NCBI GenBank assembly: GCA_965223335.1
Contig: OZ244991.1
Coordinates: 1,728,001-1,792,000, forward strand
Length of the DNA: 64,000 nt
Reading direction: 5' to 3'
Source: Thermodesulfobacteriota bacterium
GTDB taxonomy: Bacteria; Desulfobacterota_D; UBA1144; Nemesobacterales; UBA2774
How positions within the stretch are numbered: the first letter of the stretch is position 1; the number at the start of each line of letters is the position of its first letter. The position numbers and the translations under genes were made by a program. Positions 1 to 10,486 of this stretch are shown piece by piece. The notes beneath the pieces are model-generated. The model had not been told where the DNA came from. It ran no database searches and saw only the letters and a program-made list of their open reading frames with translations.

Positions 1-2
1 GG

Positions 3-1898
3 GGACACAAATTATCTACCTATAAGCTTCCCTCTACACCCCACAACCCCTCTTTGGCTATAGTACAGGGCCTCCGCGATATATTGGGCGAGGCGTATAA
101 AGACGTAGAGGTGATTCACGGCACAACCGTTGCGACCAATGCACTCCTAGAGAGAAAGGGGGCCAGGGTGGCGCTGATCACAACCGCAGGGTTCAAGGAT
201 GTGATCGAGATAGGAAGACAAAACCGGGGCGAGCTCTACGATATATTTTGGGCCCCGCATCCTCCGTTGGTCGAGAGCAGATACAGGGTAGGGGTTAGAG
301 AGCGCATTGATTTTAGAGGCAGGGTGTTGCAAAAACCCGGTACGGCAGATATAAATGCACTCATCAAAAAAATTAATAGTCTTAGGGTTGATTGCATAGC
401 AATCTCGTTTCTAAATTCTTACGCTAATCCCCGTAACGAAGAGCTTGTGGCCAAGGCTCTCAGTAAATTAAAATTACCTATTTCCGTGTCGTCAAAGATA
501 CTGCCCGAGTTTAGGGAGTATGAGCGTACATACACGATAATTACCAACGCATATCTGGTGCCCAAGGTAAACGGCTATATGGAGGAACTTAGTCGTAAAC
601 TCGAGAAATCAGAGGTGTCGATTATGCAGTCTAACGGCGGGCTCTTGTCACTGGGTCAGGCCGGTACTGAGCCTGTGAGGACTCTTTTGTCGGGCCCGGC
701 AGGGGGAGTAATCGGCGGGTTTAATATTGCACAGAAAGCAGGGTTTAAACGGATTATTACATATGATATGGGTGGCACATCCACAGACGTTTCACTCTGT
801 GACCGCGAGCCCAGTTTCACTACCGAGACGGTGATTGACGGCATCCCCGTCAAAGTCCCTATGATCGATGTTACTACTATAGGTGCGGGTGGGGGATCGA
901 TTGCATACGTAGACAGGGGAGGGGCGCTTAAAGTGGGGCCCGAGAGTGCCGGTGCCGACCCCGGCCCTGCATGTTATGGCAACGGCAAAGAGCCCACAGT
1001 CACAGATGCCAACCTTGTCCTGCACAGGCTTGACCCCACATGGTTTTTAGGCGGCAGAATGAAGCTCGATAAAAAGAAATCCGTACGCGCACTCGGAAGG
1101 TTGTCCAAAAAACTCCGTCAGACCATTGAGCAGACAGCCGAGGGTGTGATTGATGTTGCTAATGCCAATATGGAGCGTGCGCTTAGGGTAATATCCATTG
1201 GCCGGGGCTATGACCCTAGGGACTTTGCTCTGGTCTCATTCGGGGGCGCAGGTGGGCTTCACGCCTGTGAGTTGGCACGTGGGCTTGGGGTTAAAACCGT
1301 TATCTTCCCACGCGATCCGGGAGTGCTCTCGGCACTGGGAATGCTCCTTGCCGATTCGTACAAGGATTATAGTATTACGAGCTTTATGAGTAGCAATGAC
1401 TATACGGACCGAAAGATTGAGCGGTTATATTCAAAGCTCGAGCGTAATGCACGCGGGGATTTTGACAACAGGTCGCTTAAGTACAAGCGCTACCTGGACC
1501 TGCGCTACAAACGACAGTCTCACGAGATCACTATCCCCTACTCTGAGAATTTCCTCGATGTCTTTCACCGCACCCATTCCAGAATGTACGGTTATATGAA
1601 AAAAGAAAACGAGGTCGAGATTGTGACACTTCGTCTGCGTGCAATAGTGGAGAGAAAAAAGCCAAGGATACCGAAAACAAAAGCTGAGACTCAAAAGAGG
1701 TTGAGGCCCGAGACCACTCGGTTAATATTTAACGGAAAACATGTTAAGTCAGCTCTATATAATCGGGCTCATTTTTTCTCGGGCTACGAGTTTAAGGGCC
1801 CCGCACTTATCCTAGAGGAGACATCTACTCTATTTGTCCCGCCTCGTTTACGCTGTGCTGTGGATGGGTACAGCAACATCATCGCAGTCGCCGAATAG
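3..1898 (+). CDS. Hydantoinase/oxoprolinase family protein (A subunit), 5'-truncated by window edge
   Basis: Frame is open from base 3 (GHKLSTYKLPSTPHNPSLAIVQGL); motifs HGTTVATNALLE, SGPAGG, DMGGTSTD, IGAGGGS, GPESAGADPGPACYG, FGGAGGLHA. Confidence 0.92.
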   Translation, partial: GHKLSTYKLPSTPHNPSLAIVQGLRDILGEAYKDVEVIHGTTVATNALLERKGARVALITTAGFKDVIEIGRQNRGELYDIFWAPHPPLVESRYRVGVRERIDFRGRVLQKPGTADINALIKKINSLRVDCIAISFLNSYANPRNEELVAKALSKLKLPISVSSKILPEFREYERTYTIITNAYLVPKVNGYMEELSRKLEKSEVSIMQSNGGLLSLGQAGTEPVRTLLSGPAGGVIGGFNIAQKAGFKRIITYDMGGTSTDVSLCDREPSFTTETVIDGIPVKVPMIDVTTIGAGGGSIAYVDRGGALKVGPESAGADPGPACYGNGKEPTVTDANLVLHRLDPTWFLGGRMKLDKKKSVRALGRLSKKLRQTIEQTAEGVIDVANANMERALRVISIGRGYDPRDFALVSFGGAGGLHACELARGLGVKTVIFPRDPGVLSALGMLLADSYKDYSITSFMSSNDYTDRKIERLYSKLERNARGDFDNRSLKYKRYLDLRYKRQSHEITIPYSENFLDVFHRTHSRMYGYMKKENEVEIVTLRLRAIVERKKPRIPKTKAETQKRLRPETTRLIFNGKHVKSALYNRAHFFSGYEFKGPALILEETSTLFVPPRLRCAVDGYSNIIAVAE

Positions 1899-1943
1899 AT
1901 CGATTTATCATGCAGTAAATAAAAAATACTAAAAGGAATATAA

Positions 1944-3254
1944 ATGACTAGACACAAACCAGTGATTATTGGTGGAGGGATGACAGGGCTTGCGGCCGGC
2001 ATGGTATCGGGATTAAAAGTCTACGAAGCCGAGGCTGTGCCGGGTGGTATCTGCTCTTCCTACTATATGACACCCGGGAGTGGGACCCCTATGTTTAAGT
2101 GCCCTGAGGATGAGAATGTCTACCGCTTCGAGATCGGTGGGGGACACTGGATATTCGGTGGTGACCCCACGGTGCTTAGGTTCATAAGCTCTATGACCCC
2201 GGTCAGGTTGTACCACAGAAGCTCGGCTGTGTACTTCTCAAAACAAGATCTCTATGTTCCATACCCCATTCAAAACAACTTGGGCTATCTGGGCAAGGAG
2301 ATTGCCAAGAAGGCTCTCAATGAAATCGAAAGCGCCCCCGACGGCGTGCCCCGTACAATGTCCGACTGGATAGATAAAAGCTTCGGCAAAACTCTGACTG
2401 AGCTTTTTTTTGCACCCTTCCACGAGCTCTATACCGCTGGTTTGTGGACAGAGATTGCCCCCCAAGACGCATACAAGTCCCCCATAAATATCGAGAGTGT
2501 ACGACAGGGTGCATTCGATAAAGTCTCACCCGCCGTGGGCTATAACGTTACGTATCTCTACCCCGAGAGTGGGCTAAACACCCTCTCTCAGTGCATAGCG
2601 GAGAGGTGTGATATTGAGTATGACCACAGGGCAAGTAAGATCGACCTGGATAAAAAAGAGATCCAGTTCCAAAACGGAGACGGCACTAAGTATGAGCACC
2701 TCATCTCAACCCTACCGCTTAATAAAGCCTTAGAGATGTCGGGTATTGAGATTGACGATACACCCTCAAGCTATACCTCTGTATTGGTACTAAACATAGG
2801 TGCTACCAAGGGGCCGAAATGCCCAAACGAGCACTGGCTCTATATCCCCGACAGTGAGTCCGGCTTCCACAGGGTAGGATTCTACAGCAACGTCGACCCG
2901 TCGTTCCTGCCGCTTGGGTCCAGAGCCAATGGCAACCGCGTGAGTATCTATGTAGAGAGGGCTTATCAAAACGGGCGGAAACCATCGGACGAGACCATAA
3001 AGAGTTATATGGACTCGGTTGTAGGGGAGCTCAAGTCTTGGGAATTTATTGAGGAAGCAGAGACTGTAGATCCCACATGGATTGATGTTGCTTACACATG
3101 GTCTATGCCGGGATCAAACTGGAAAGAGCTTGCGCTAAGCGAACTTGAGAAAAAAGGTGTGTATCAGATAGGCCGGTACGGCAGGTGGATGTTCCAGGGC
3201 ATTGCCGAGTCATTAAAAGACGGGTTCATAGCAGGCGGTGCGTTTAAAGAATAG
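1944..3254 (+). CDS. FAD-dependent oxidoreductase, protoporphyrinogen-oxidase-like / UDP-galactopyranose mutase-like
   Basis: N-terminal IIGGGMTGL dinucleotide-binding motif; GGHWIF, YVPYPIQNNL and C-terminal GRYGRW resemble UGM-type flavoproteins. Confidence 0.7.
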   Translation: MTRHKPVIIGGGMTGLAAGMVSGLKVYEAEAVPGGICSSYYMTPGSGTPMFKCPEDENVYRFEIGGGHWIFGGDPTVLRFISSMTPVRLYHRSSAVYFSKQDLYVPYPIQNNLGYLGKEIAKKALNEIESAPDGVPRTMSDWIDKSFGKTLTELFFAPFHELYTAGLWTEIAPQDAYKSPINIESVRQGAFDKVSPAVGYNVTYLYPESGLNTLSQCIAERCDIEYDHRASKIDLDKKEIQFQNGDGTKYEHLISTLPLNKALEMSGIEIDDTPSSYTSVLVLNIGATKGPKCPNEHWLYIPDSESGFHRVGFYSNVDPSFLPLGSRANGNRVSIYVERAYQNGRKPSDETIKSYMDSVVGELKSWEFIEEAETVDPTWIDVAYTWSMPGSNWKELALSELEKKGVYQIGRYGRWMFQGIAESLKDGFIAGGAFKE

Positions 3255-3292
3255 CACATACAACTTCATTAGAATGCCGCTAGTAAGCCGGC

Positions 3293-4684
3293 CTAGCTCT
3301 TTTTATATTTTCGGCTGCTTATCCACAGAACCGGCAAAAAGACTATACTAAGTAGTTCTCCACAGATCGTAGCAACGACTAACTTCCAGATATTACGTCT
3401 ATTACTCTTAACTTCACGGAACTGTTCTGTACTCATTGAGAATTGGAACGATTTACCCGCTGCATACGAGAATGGGGATGAGGATTTAAAATTCACAGAC
3501 AAATCATATGCGCCCCTAAATACCTGGAAGAATTTAGACATAAGGTGTAACACACTATACGATTTGCTAAGGTCCACGGCAATTATGTGCTCGAACTTAC
3601 TCTCGAATAATTTTTTTCTATCACTACCTAACAAAAGCGTGTAATTTGCGTGGGGATAATATTTTTTAAGGGATTCTAGAGCCCCAAGAATTTCATCTTT
3701 ATTCCCATCGTTTAATACGAGTATGTTCTGAATATGCCCTGGTAACAGTGTGTTTGCAGGTTGTTTTTCATCCGTATCCAGATAATCCTTCTTACCCCAT
3801 TTGTTCCTCATATAATCTATTATTGCACCAAGCCCGAGTTTCATTTTGCTCGTACTGCCGTTTAGACCGATAAGTAGAAGTGAAGTGATCTTGTGACGCA
3901 AAAAGCTATAGAAAAGCGGTATTAATTTAGTGGGTTTTAGGTGTTTTGAATACGCAAGGAGCGAATTCCGGTTGCCGTAGTAATAGTCCACGAGCACCCC
4001 GCGTTTCTCTGTAAATGCAGGGTGATAAACCAGCGAGTTTATAACTGCTACTACCCTGTATCCGGCCTCTTTAAACTCAAGCCCCCAGTCCATATCGTCC
4101 CAGAAGATAAAGTACCTTTCATCCATGAGTCCTACCTTTTCTAAACTCTTGACTCGGACAAGTGCAGAGCATATTGCCACGTAATCGACATCTAGTATAT
4201 TATGTTTTAGGTCTATCTCCTTACTGTTTCTATAAAGGGGATTAACACCTATGGTGTCTCGCCTTATAAGAGCCCCTGCTTCCACTGTTATGTCTCTTTG
4301 TTCCGTATCCATTATCCTAGAGCCTGCTATTCCGATATCACTGTCTGATTCCATAGCTTTTACGAGCTCACTCAGTGTGCGTTTCTCGACCTCGGCGTCA
4401 TTATCAAGGAGCCAGATATAGTCATATGTGTGTTGGTCCAGTGCGTACTTTATACCGGTGTTAAATCCCCCGGTCCCTCCTAGGTTCTCTTTGTTAACAA
4501 TTAGTTTTAAGTTTAGATATTCCTTTTTTATGGCCTCTACCGAGTCGTCAGAGGATGCATTGTCAATCACTATTAACTCATAGTTCTCGTATTCGATGGT
4601 TTGCAGTGAACTAAGGAGGTTTATGACGTAATCCTTCTTATTCCAGTTAACTATAACAATTGCTACACTTGGATCTGTATCCAT
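3293..4684 (-). CDS. GT2 glycosyltransferase (GlfT2/rhamnosyltransferase-like) with C-terminal extension
   Basis: IVIVNWN, IDNASSD, NLGGTGGFNTG, WLLDND, FIFWDDMDWG. Confidence 0.85.
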   Translation of the reverse strand: MDTDPSVAIVIVNWNKKDYVINLLSSLQTIEYENYELIVIDNASSDDSVEAIKKEYLNLKLIVNKENLGGTGGFNTGIKYALDQHTYDYIWLLDNDAEVEKRTLSELVKAMESDSDIGIAGSRIMDTEQRDITVEAGALIRRDTIGVNPLYRNSKEIDLKHNILDVDYVAICSALVRVKSLEKVGLMDERYFIFWDDMDWGLEFKEAGYRVVAVINSLVYHPAFTEKRGVLVDYYYGNRNSLLAYSKHLKPTKLIPLFYSFLRHKITSLLLIGLNGSTSKMKLGLGAIIDYMRNKWGKKDYLDTDEKQPANTLLPGHIQNILVLNDGNKDEILGALESLKKYYPHANYTLLLGSDRKKLFESKFEHIIAVDLSKSYSVLHLMSKFFQVFRGAYDLSVNFKSSSPFSYAAGKSFQFSMSTEQFREVKSNRRNIWKLVVATICGELLSIVFLPVLWISSRKYKKS

Positions 4685-4688
4685 TAAC

Positions 4689-5741
4689 TTATCCTTTGGA
4701 TCGGTTCACTATCTCTAGAAATCTCTCCATCCTTTGTGTGAGTTGGTGATCGGTCTTGGTTCTTTCGTAGCCTGCCTTGGCTATAGTTTGGCGTTTCTTG
4801 TGACTCCTAAGATAGTACTTCACCTTCTTTTGCAGCTCGTCTATATCGTTGAAAGTGTCGATCTCACTCCCGACTTTGTAGTAGTTGTCGATATCGGGTT
4901 TTTTATCCACGAGTTGAAAGGCACCACATGCCGGGATCTCGAACAGTCTATAGTTCCCACCTTTTTGCTCAAATTCTCGATGGATATTCAATACGATCTT
5001 CGAGGATTTTATGATTTTAATGAGTTCATCTCCATACGCAACACCTCTATGAAATTTTTTAAGGGGTGTATTTAACTCGCTTAAGTTCCAGCTCCAAATT
5101 CCAAGGTCGAAATCCGAAAGCGCATTAAGATACTGTTCTCGGTGCTTATCAATAATTCCGACAAAGCAGACGTCAACACCGTGTTTGTCTATAAACTCCG
5201 GGTCTGGCACGATGCTGTCCGCATAGTCTACATCATAACCAAGAGAGAGTATCTCTAGGTTGCTCATATGCAGTTCCCTTTCATAATAGTCCGTATAACT
5301 GCTGTCGTATATGAGCGTGATATCGGATGACTTGACTAGATCATGTATCCCCGACGAAACCTGGGAGGGGTGAATCCCGAGCCATACCACCACCTTGGTT
5401 CCCAAGTTCTGTATACGATTGATAATGCTAGGAACATAGTAAGTGTCGACCAGATGCAAAAACAGTATGTCGGGCTTATAGTCTCTAACCTCTCTATATA
5501 TCTGGTTGCTGAGCAGGAAGTCATGTGGGTAGTCCGCGATCCATTTATGCCTGTTCCTAAACCCGGCGAATGCTTTTTCCAGAAACCCCCACACCAGCGG
5601 GTTATACATGCCCTCGGTTGTCTGAACCAAGCGGCATTCAACATCAAGCGTTTTTGCAGCACGTGCCAGACCGGTTGCGTACTGGCTTATAAAAAAGGTG
5701 TATCTATCGTATGTAACGGGTGCGGCGAATAGTATCTTCAT
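4689..5741 (-). CDS. CgeB-like glycosyltransferase (Glyco_trans_1_2)
   Basis: DVCFVG, SKIVLNIH, NYRLFEIPACGAFQL, C-terminal IAKAGYERTKTDH. Confidence 0.85.
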   Translation of the reverse strand: MKILFAAPVTYDRYTFFISQYATGLARAAKTLDVECRLVQTTEGMYNPLVWGFLEKAFAGFRNRHKWIADYPHDFLLSNQIYREVRDYKPDILFLHLVDTYYVPSIINRIQNLGTKVVVWLGIHPSQVSSGIHDLVKSSDITLIYDSSYTDYYERELHMSNLEILSLGYDVDYADSIVPDPEFIDKHGVDVCFVGIIDKHREQYLNALSDFDLGIWSWNLSELNTPLKKFHRGVAYGDELIKIIKSSKIVLNIHREFEQKGGNYRLFEIPACGAFQLVDKKPDIDNYYKVGSEIDTFNDIDELQKKVKYYLRSHKKRQTIAKAGYERTKTDHQLTQRMERFLEIVNRSKG

Positions 5742-7057
5742 TCCACGTCTATCTGTTTTAATTTTTTGTCTAAGAGTACCGATACGATTGAGTAGCAGAG
5801 ATTATAGATGAGGAATATGAATATTAATGGGTATTGAACTAATAGCTTACCCATGTTCAAGACCGGATTAGTATCGTTGAGTTCATTGGGGCTAGATAGA
5901 GCTTGGGGGTTCTCCTCTATATAATGGTTGATTAAAGCGTTTACCTCACTTGTCCTATTTTCCCACGAGTTCTCTCTAGCTATCTCGATCCTTGTCTTGG
6001 GATTGTCCTCTACTTTATCCAAGACGATATTTTCTAAGTGCCCTACAAATTCCTCTTTGTTATCCGCAATGTTAATACAGTCCTCGAATTTACGTGCCTC
6101 ACTAATATTGGTGGCAACGATGGGTTTTCCTGTGGCCATATAGTCATAGAGCTTTATGGGGTCCATGCTCTCGGTCAGAGAATCAACCTTGTGCGGCAGG
6201 ATGCAGGCCGTAAATCCTTTTATATATTTAGCCATGCTGAAATAAGGTTTTGGACCCAGGAACGAAACGTTCTTTAATCTAGAGAGTTCTTGGGCCAGTG
6301 GTTTGGCCTCTGGGTTAATTGGACCAATCATAATAATTGACCAGTCCGGTCTTTGAGTAGCAACGTATTTAAGCAGATCGAAATCTACCCTCCAGGGGTT
6401 AATCTTGCCCACATACCCGATTCTCGGTTCATTGGTCTTGGCAATTTCCGGTGCTATCTCTAGTGGTTTTGTCACCTTGTTAAAATTATCGAAGCTAGTA
6501 GCATTAGGTACATAATGAGTGTTTGGGTTCAATACCGATGCTTTTGATTCGAGCTTCTTCGATACCGCAAACACAAGGTCGACTTCGCGAATCACCCTCT
6601 TTTCCTCTCTTTCTATCTCGGCTTTGCGCCAGTTGCTCATGCCGGGAAACTCTGACCAGTCATCGGTTAGGTCATAGCACAATAGCGATTTGCCAAATAT
6701 CGATGCAAGTTTCTTGGCAAATTCTAAATTATGTGGCTGATAAATCATGTATACGGGGTTTTTAATTTTATGAAATTTTAGTAGAAACCAGATTGTGAAA
6801 CTCGCGAGTTTAGAACCCCATCTGGCATATGATGTGTTTCTCAGAAACCCGGGGATGTAGGGGATGTCTACAACGTATAGGTTGGAATTGACTCTTTTTA
6901 CAAGAGGGGTTTTTCTCTCGGAGCGGTTTGGGTCCACATAATAAAAGACCTTATTGGATCTTTGAGACATCTTGTAGGCAAGCATTTGCTTGCGTGCCCA
7001 TCTGTCTTCTTGCCACGGGTCGACCGAAATGAATACTATGTCATTTAGTTTGTTCAT
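5738..7057 (-). CDS. GT4 glycosyltransferase (TuaH-like)
   Basis: YDLTDDW, IGYVGKI, DPIKLYDYMATGKPIVAT, ENSWENR. Confidence 0.85.
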   Translation of the reverse strand: MNKLNDIVFISVDPWQEDRWARKQMLAYKMSQRSNKVFYYVDPNRSERKTPLVKRVNSNLYVVDIPYIPGFLRNTSYARWGSKLASFTIWFLLKFHKIKNPVYMIYQPHNLEFAKKLASIFGKSLLCYDLTDDWSEFPGMSNWRKAEIEREEKRVIREVDLVFAVSKKLESKASVLNPNTHYVPNATSFDNFNKVTKPLEIAPEIAKTNEPRIGYVGKINPWRVDFDLLKYVATQRPDWSIIMIGPINPEAKPLAQELSRLKNVSFLGPKPYFSMAKYIKGFTACILPHKVDSLTESMDPIKLYDYMATGKPIVATNISEARKFEDCINIADNKEEFVGHLENIVLDKVEDNPKTRIEIARENSWENRTSEVNALINHYIEENPQALSSPNELNDTNPVLNMGKLLVQYPLIFIFLIYNLCYSIVSVLLDKKLKQIDVE

Positions 7058-7058
7058 T

Positions 7059-8288
7059 TTAGTTGATATTATTTACCGTATTCTCCCATAGAGTTAAAAG
7101 TTTTTGAGCCTGTGTTTTTATATTAAATTCCCTCTTTATTTTTTCGCTGCCTGTCTTACCTAGTTTTTTTCTTAGTTCGGGGTTCTTTGCAAGGTTAATA
7201 ATCGCATCTGCGAGTTGTTCCTCATTCCTTGGTGTTACGAGTAACCCTTCCTCCATATGAGTAATGAGTTCCGGCACACTGCCTGCAGTAGTGGATATGA
7301 CAGGAACTTCCATGGCCATGGCTTCTTGTAGGGTAAGGGGGCAGACATCCAGGTCGCCGTCACTCGCGACTACACAGGGCAGCACCGAGATATCGGCATT
7401 TTTAAGCTCTTTAATGCATTGTTCATTTGTGAGCGCTCCACGAAATCTTATTTGTTCATTTAATTCCAGTTCATCTGTTAAATCACGTAAATTTGCATCC
7501 AGGTCGCCGTCCCCAATTATATCGAGTTCGATATTGGGGACTTCCCTTGCAACTGTGCTCATTGCTCTGATGAGATATTCAAATCCCTTTTTCTCAATCA
7601 ATCTTCCCACGGCTATTATCTTCAAGTTCTCATTTTTTGTAGACCTTGAGTTCATTTGTGTGAATTTGTCAGGGTTAATAGTGGCCCTGATTATCTCTAT
7701 CTTGTCTTCGTCACACCCTGTTTCATCCACTATGCGCTGTTTGTTGAATACCGAAGGTGTTATAACTTTTTGAGCACCGTCAACAAGCTTAACGAGCCTT
7801 TCTTGTGAATAGAACTGATCTCTAAATATATCGAAAGCGTGGGCAGTGAATGTAAATGGTTTTTCTAGGAGCTGGCTTATCTGTAGCCCTGTCATTGCTG
7901 CCTCGTATGCAAAGTGCGAGTGGACTAAATCGATATGACTGTAATCTGGCGAGTAATACGAGAGTCTAACAAACTGCTTTAGTGTGTTGTTTGAGTAGTG
8001 TTGTTTGTATGTTTTTAGTGTGTTTCTATAAAAACTGGGAGAGAAGCAGTAGTTGTAGCGCAGTTTTAGAAAGTGGGGCAGCGAAAAATACTGGGTTTTC
8101 TCCAACAATTTGTACTCGAGTACGTCCTCGTTTATTTGAACTTCATCAGGTTTGCGGTGTGCGAGTATCTCTACGTTCACACCTCGCTTGATCAGCTCTA
8201 CTATCTCGTTTAATACAAATGTCTCAGAGAGTTTTGGAAACTGGTCTAAAACATAGAGTACATTCATTGTAGAAGAATCTTCCGACAA
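7059..8288 (-). CDS. GT4 glycosyltransferase (WcaL/AmsK-like)
   Basis: FPKLSETFV, HSHF, TAHAFDIF, VGRLIEKKG, EAMAMEVPVIST. Confidence 0.9.
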   Translation of the reverse strand: MSEDSSTMNVLYVLDQFPKLSETFVLNEIVELIKRGVNVEILAHRKPDEVQINEDVLEYKLLEKTQYFSLPHFLKLRYNYCFSPSFYRNTLKTYKQHYSNNTLKQFVRLSYYSPDYSHIDLVHSHFAYEAAMTGLQISQLLEKPFTFTAHAFDIFRDQFYSQERLVKLVDGAQKVITPSVFNKQRIVDETGCDEDKIEIIRATINPDKFTQMNSRSTKNENLKIIAVGRLIEKKGFEYLIRAMSTVAREVPNIELDIIGDGDLDANLRDLTDELELNEQIRFRGALTNEQCIKELKNADISVLPCVVASDGDLDVCPLTLQEAMAMEVPVISTTAGSVPELITHMEEGLLVTPRNEEQLADAIINLAKNPELRKKLGKTGSEKIKREFNIKTQAQKLLTLWENTVNNIN

Positions 8289-8299
8289 ATTTAATCCGA

Positions 8300-9658
8300 C
8301 TAATATATATCATTAATCTTGTTCTTAATAGCCGTCAGGATGGTATGCGCCCTAGTGTAGAATTTATAAGCACTCTTGTCCTTGATGTTGTTTAGGTTTG
8401 ATTGTAGTTCGTTTACTAGGTGGTTTATCTGTTTTATTTCCTGATTTTTTTGTTCCAGGTCTTTGTTAATTTCATTAAAGATATTAAGGAAGTTCTCTAT
8501 ACATAAATCAAGGTGCTCGATGTTATCTTTTGCCTGCTCCGATCTAAGAGGTCTCTCTTTTACTGCTGATACTAGTACTTTTTCAAGCTCATCCAGCTCA
8601 CGTGTTCTGCTATAGTTTTTTTCTACGTGTAGCCTTGCTGCTTTTCCCATTTTCGATCTCATATCCGGGTTCTCAACCAGTTTCGACAGTTGTGCTGTAA
8701 TTGCATCGGTGTCTTTTTCCTCCGCCAGCAGACCGGTCTTGCCGTCAATTACAATCTCGGGGATGCCTGTATGGTATGTGGATACAATAGGCAGCCCCAC
8801 CGCCTCGGCTTCAAGGATGCTCACTGGAGAGCCCTCCCTGTCACCGTTCTCAGCTATACGAGATGGCAGAAAGAAGATATCGGCTCTATTGAGTTCTTTT
8901 AGTACTTCGGCGCTTGGCTGGGGGCCGAGGAGTTGTACTTTCTTAGATAAATTTAGTTCTTCTATTTTGTTTATAACATCGTTTTTAAGCGGTCCGTCCC
9001 CGACAATTCTAAATTCTACATTTTTGTGTTTATCTAAGAGCTTCTCAAAACATTCCACCGCAAACACAGGGGCTTTCTTCTCAACCAGCCTGCCGACAAA
9101 TAATATCTGCACCTTTTTTCTCGGCTTTCTCGTTTTTACTTTATATCTATCTAAATCGATACCATATCTAATAAGGCTTATATCTTCTGCCTCGCCGTTT
9201 TCCAGGAGTCCATACATGTATTCTCGATTGTAATCTGTTGTTGTGATTAGGGCAGAGGACTCTTTGAATTTCTCTTGTAATTCCGAGACTTGTGGGTCCA
9301 CGTATAAATCATATGCATGGGTTGTTATGGCGTACGGTATATCAAACAACGTTGATAATTTAAGCGCCCATGCAGCGGGGTTAGTTGCGAAGTGAGCATG
9401 TATCAAATCGGTAGATAGGAGACATTTGAGGAGGTCCCGGCTAAGCTCAAAGCCCAGTCGAGAATTGTTTCTATTAAGATAGTGGGTTTTATCCAGCAGA
9501 TTGTATCTGGAAACATCTTTATGGGACTGGTCCTCAACCGGACGAGTAATAGAGATTATTTCAACATCGTGCCCTTTATCAATAAGGCCGGTAATCTGGC
9601 TTAATATAAAAGTCTCAGAGAGCTTGGGAAATTTTTCTGCTAGGTATGTTATCTTCAA
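8300..9658 (-). CDS. GT4 glycosyltransferase (WcaL-like) with C-terminal coiled-coil tail
   Basis: FPKLSETFI, HAHF, VGRLVEKKA, DREGSPVSILEA; tail EINKDLEQKNQEIKQINHLVNELQSNLNNIK. Confidence 0.88.
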   Translation of the reverse strand: MKITYLAEKFPKLSETFILSQITGLIDKGHDVEIISITRPVEDQSHKDVSRYNLLDKTHYLNRNNSRLGFELSRDLLKCLLSTDLIHAHFATNPAAWALKLSTLFDIPYAITTHAYDLYVDPQVSELQEKFKESSALITTTDYNREYMYGLLENGEAEDISLIRYGIDLDRYKVKTRKPRKKVQILFVGRLVEKKAPVFAVECFEKLLDKHKNVEFRIVGDGPLKNDVINKIEELNLSKKVQLLGPQPSAEVLKELNRADIFFLPSRIAENGDREGSPVSILEAEAVGLPIVSTYHTGIPEIVIDGKTGLLAEEKDTDAITAQLSKLVENPDMRSKMGKAARLHVEKNYSRTRELDELEKVLVSAVKERPLRSEQAKDNIEHLDLCIENFLNIFNEINKDLEQKNQEIKQINHLVNELQSNLNNIKDKSAYKFYTRAHTILTAIKNKINDIY

Positions 9659-9660
9659 TT

Positions 9661-10383
9661 TTATTTCACTGCTTTGGTTTTGTATACAATCTGGTAACCG
9701 AATAGATTTGGATATTTTCTATATAACTTATCTAGGTTCTTCTCGGAAATATATCTCTTCATCCAATCCGGCGGGATGAATTCCCCGCCTATATCTACTA
9801 CCTCTAACCCCACACCCTCCATCAATTTATTGAACGAGTGAGTGGTGAAATCGTGTAGGTGCTCTGCGTGATGGTATAGCCTGCTTTCTTCGGGGAAGTG
9901 CCCCCTGAGTAACTTCATTCTATATTTCCACCATGCGATATTCGGGAATGACGTAATTATATATCCACTCGGTGCCAGTAACTCTTTGCACTTCTCTAGC
10001 GCGGTTTTAGGATCCAGCAAGTGTTCTATTACCTCTGTAACAACTATATAGTCGTATTTTGCCCTTCCTAATTTGGAGGGCCTGTCCTGATCAATGTTAA
10101 ATTGTGATACCTTGTCGTAATGAGGTTTTGCGAGTTCCAGTGATCTTGACGATATATCACACCCTGCGACGTACACATCTTTTAGCTTTTGTTTAACCAA
10201 CATCCCAAATGTGCCGTCGCCGCATCCGATATCGAGTATTTTTAGCTTCGGTTCGTCCGGTATCATCGACAGTGCGGTGGTGAGCCGTTTGGGTATATGT
10301 GCACCCTCTTTGGTGTGAATCTTTCCAATATCCTCTCGGTACTGCCAGTAATCTTCATAGAATTCTTTTAAGGAATCTTTCAT
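9661..10383 (-). CDS. Class I SAM-dependent methyltransferase
   Basis: ILDIGCGDG motif I, EVIEHL, SFPNIAWW. Confidence 0.9.
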   Translation of the reverse strand: MKDSLKEFYEDYWQYREDIGKIHTKEGAHIPKRLTTALSMIPDEPKLKILDIGCGDGTFGMLVKQKLKDVYVAGCDISSRSLELAKPHYDKVSQFNIDQDRPSKLGRAKYDYIVVTEVIEHLLDPKTALEKCKELLAPSGYIITSFPNIAWWKYRMKLLRGHFPEESRLYHHAEHLHDFTTHSFNKLMEGVGLEVVDIGGEFIPPDWMKRYISEKNLDKLYRKYPNLFGYQIVYKTKAVK

Positions 10384-10486
10384 ATCGCTACATGTTGTGC
10401 CTGAACTTGTTTTGAAACAACATCAATTCGTAGCTTATAAGCTACGCTGGTTTTAGTCCTGAGCATGGTTTGTATATTTAAGTGTA

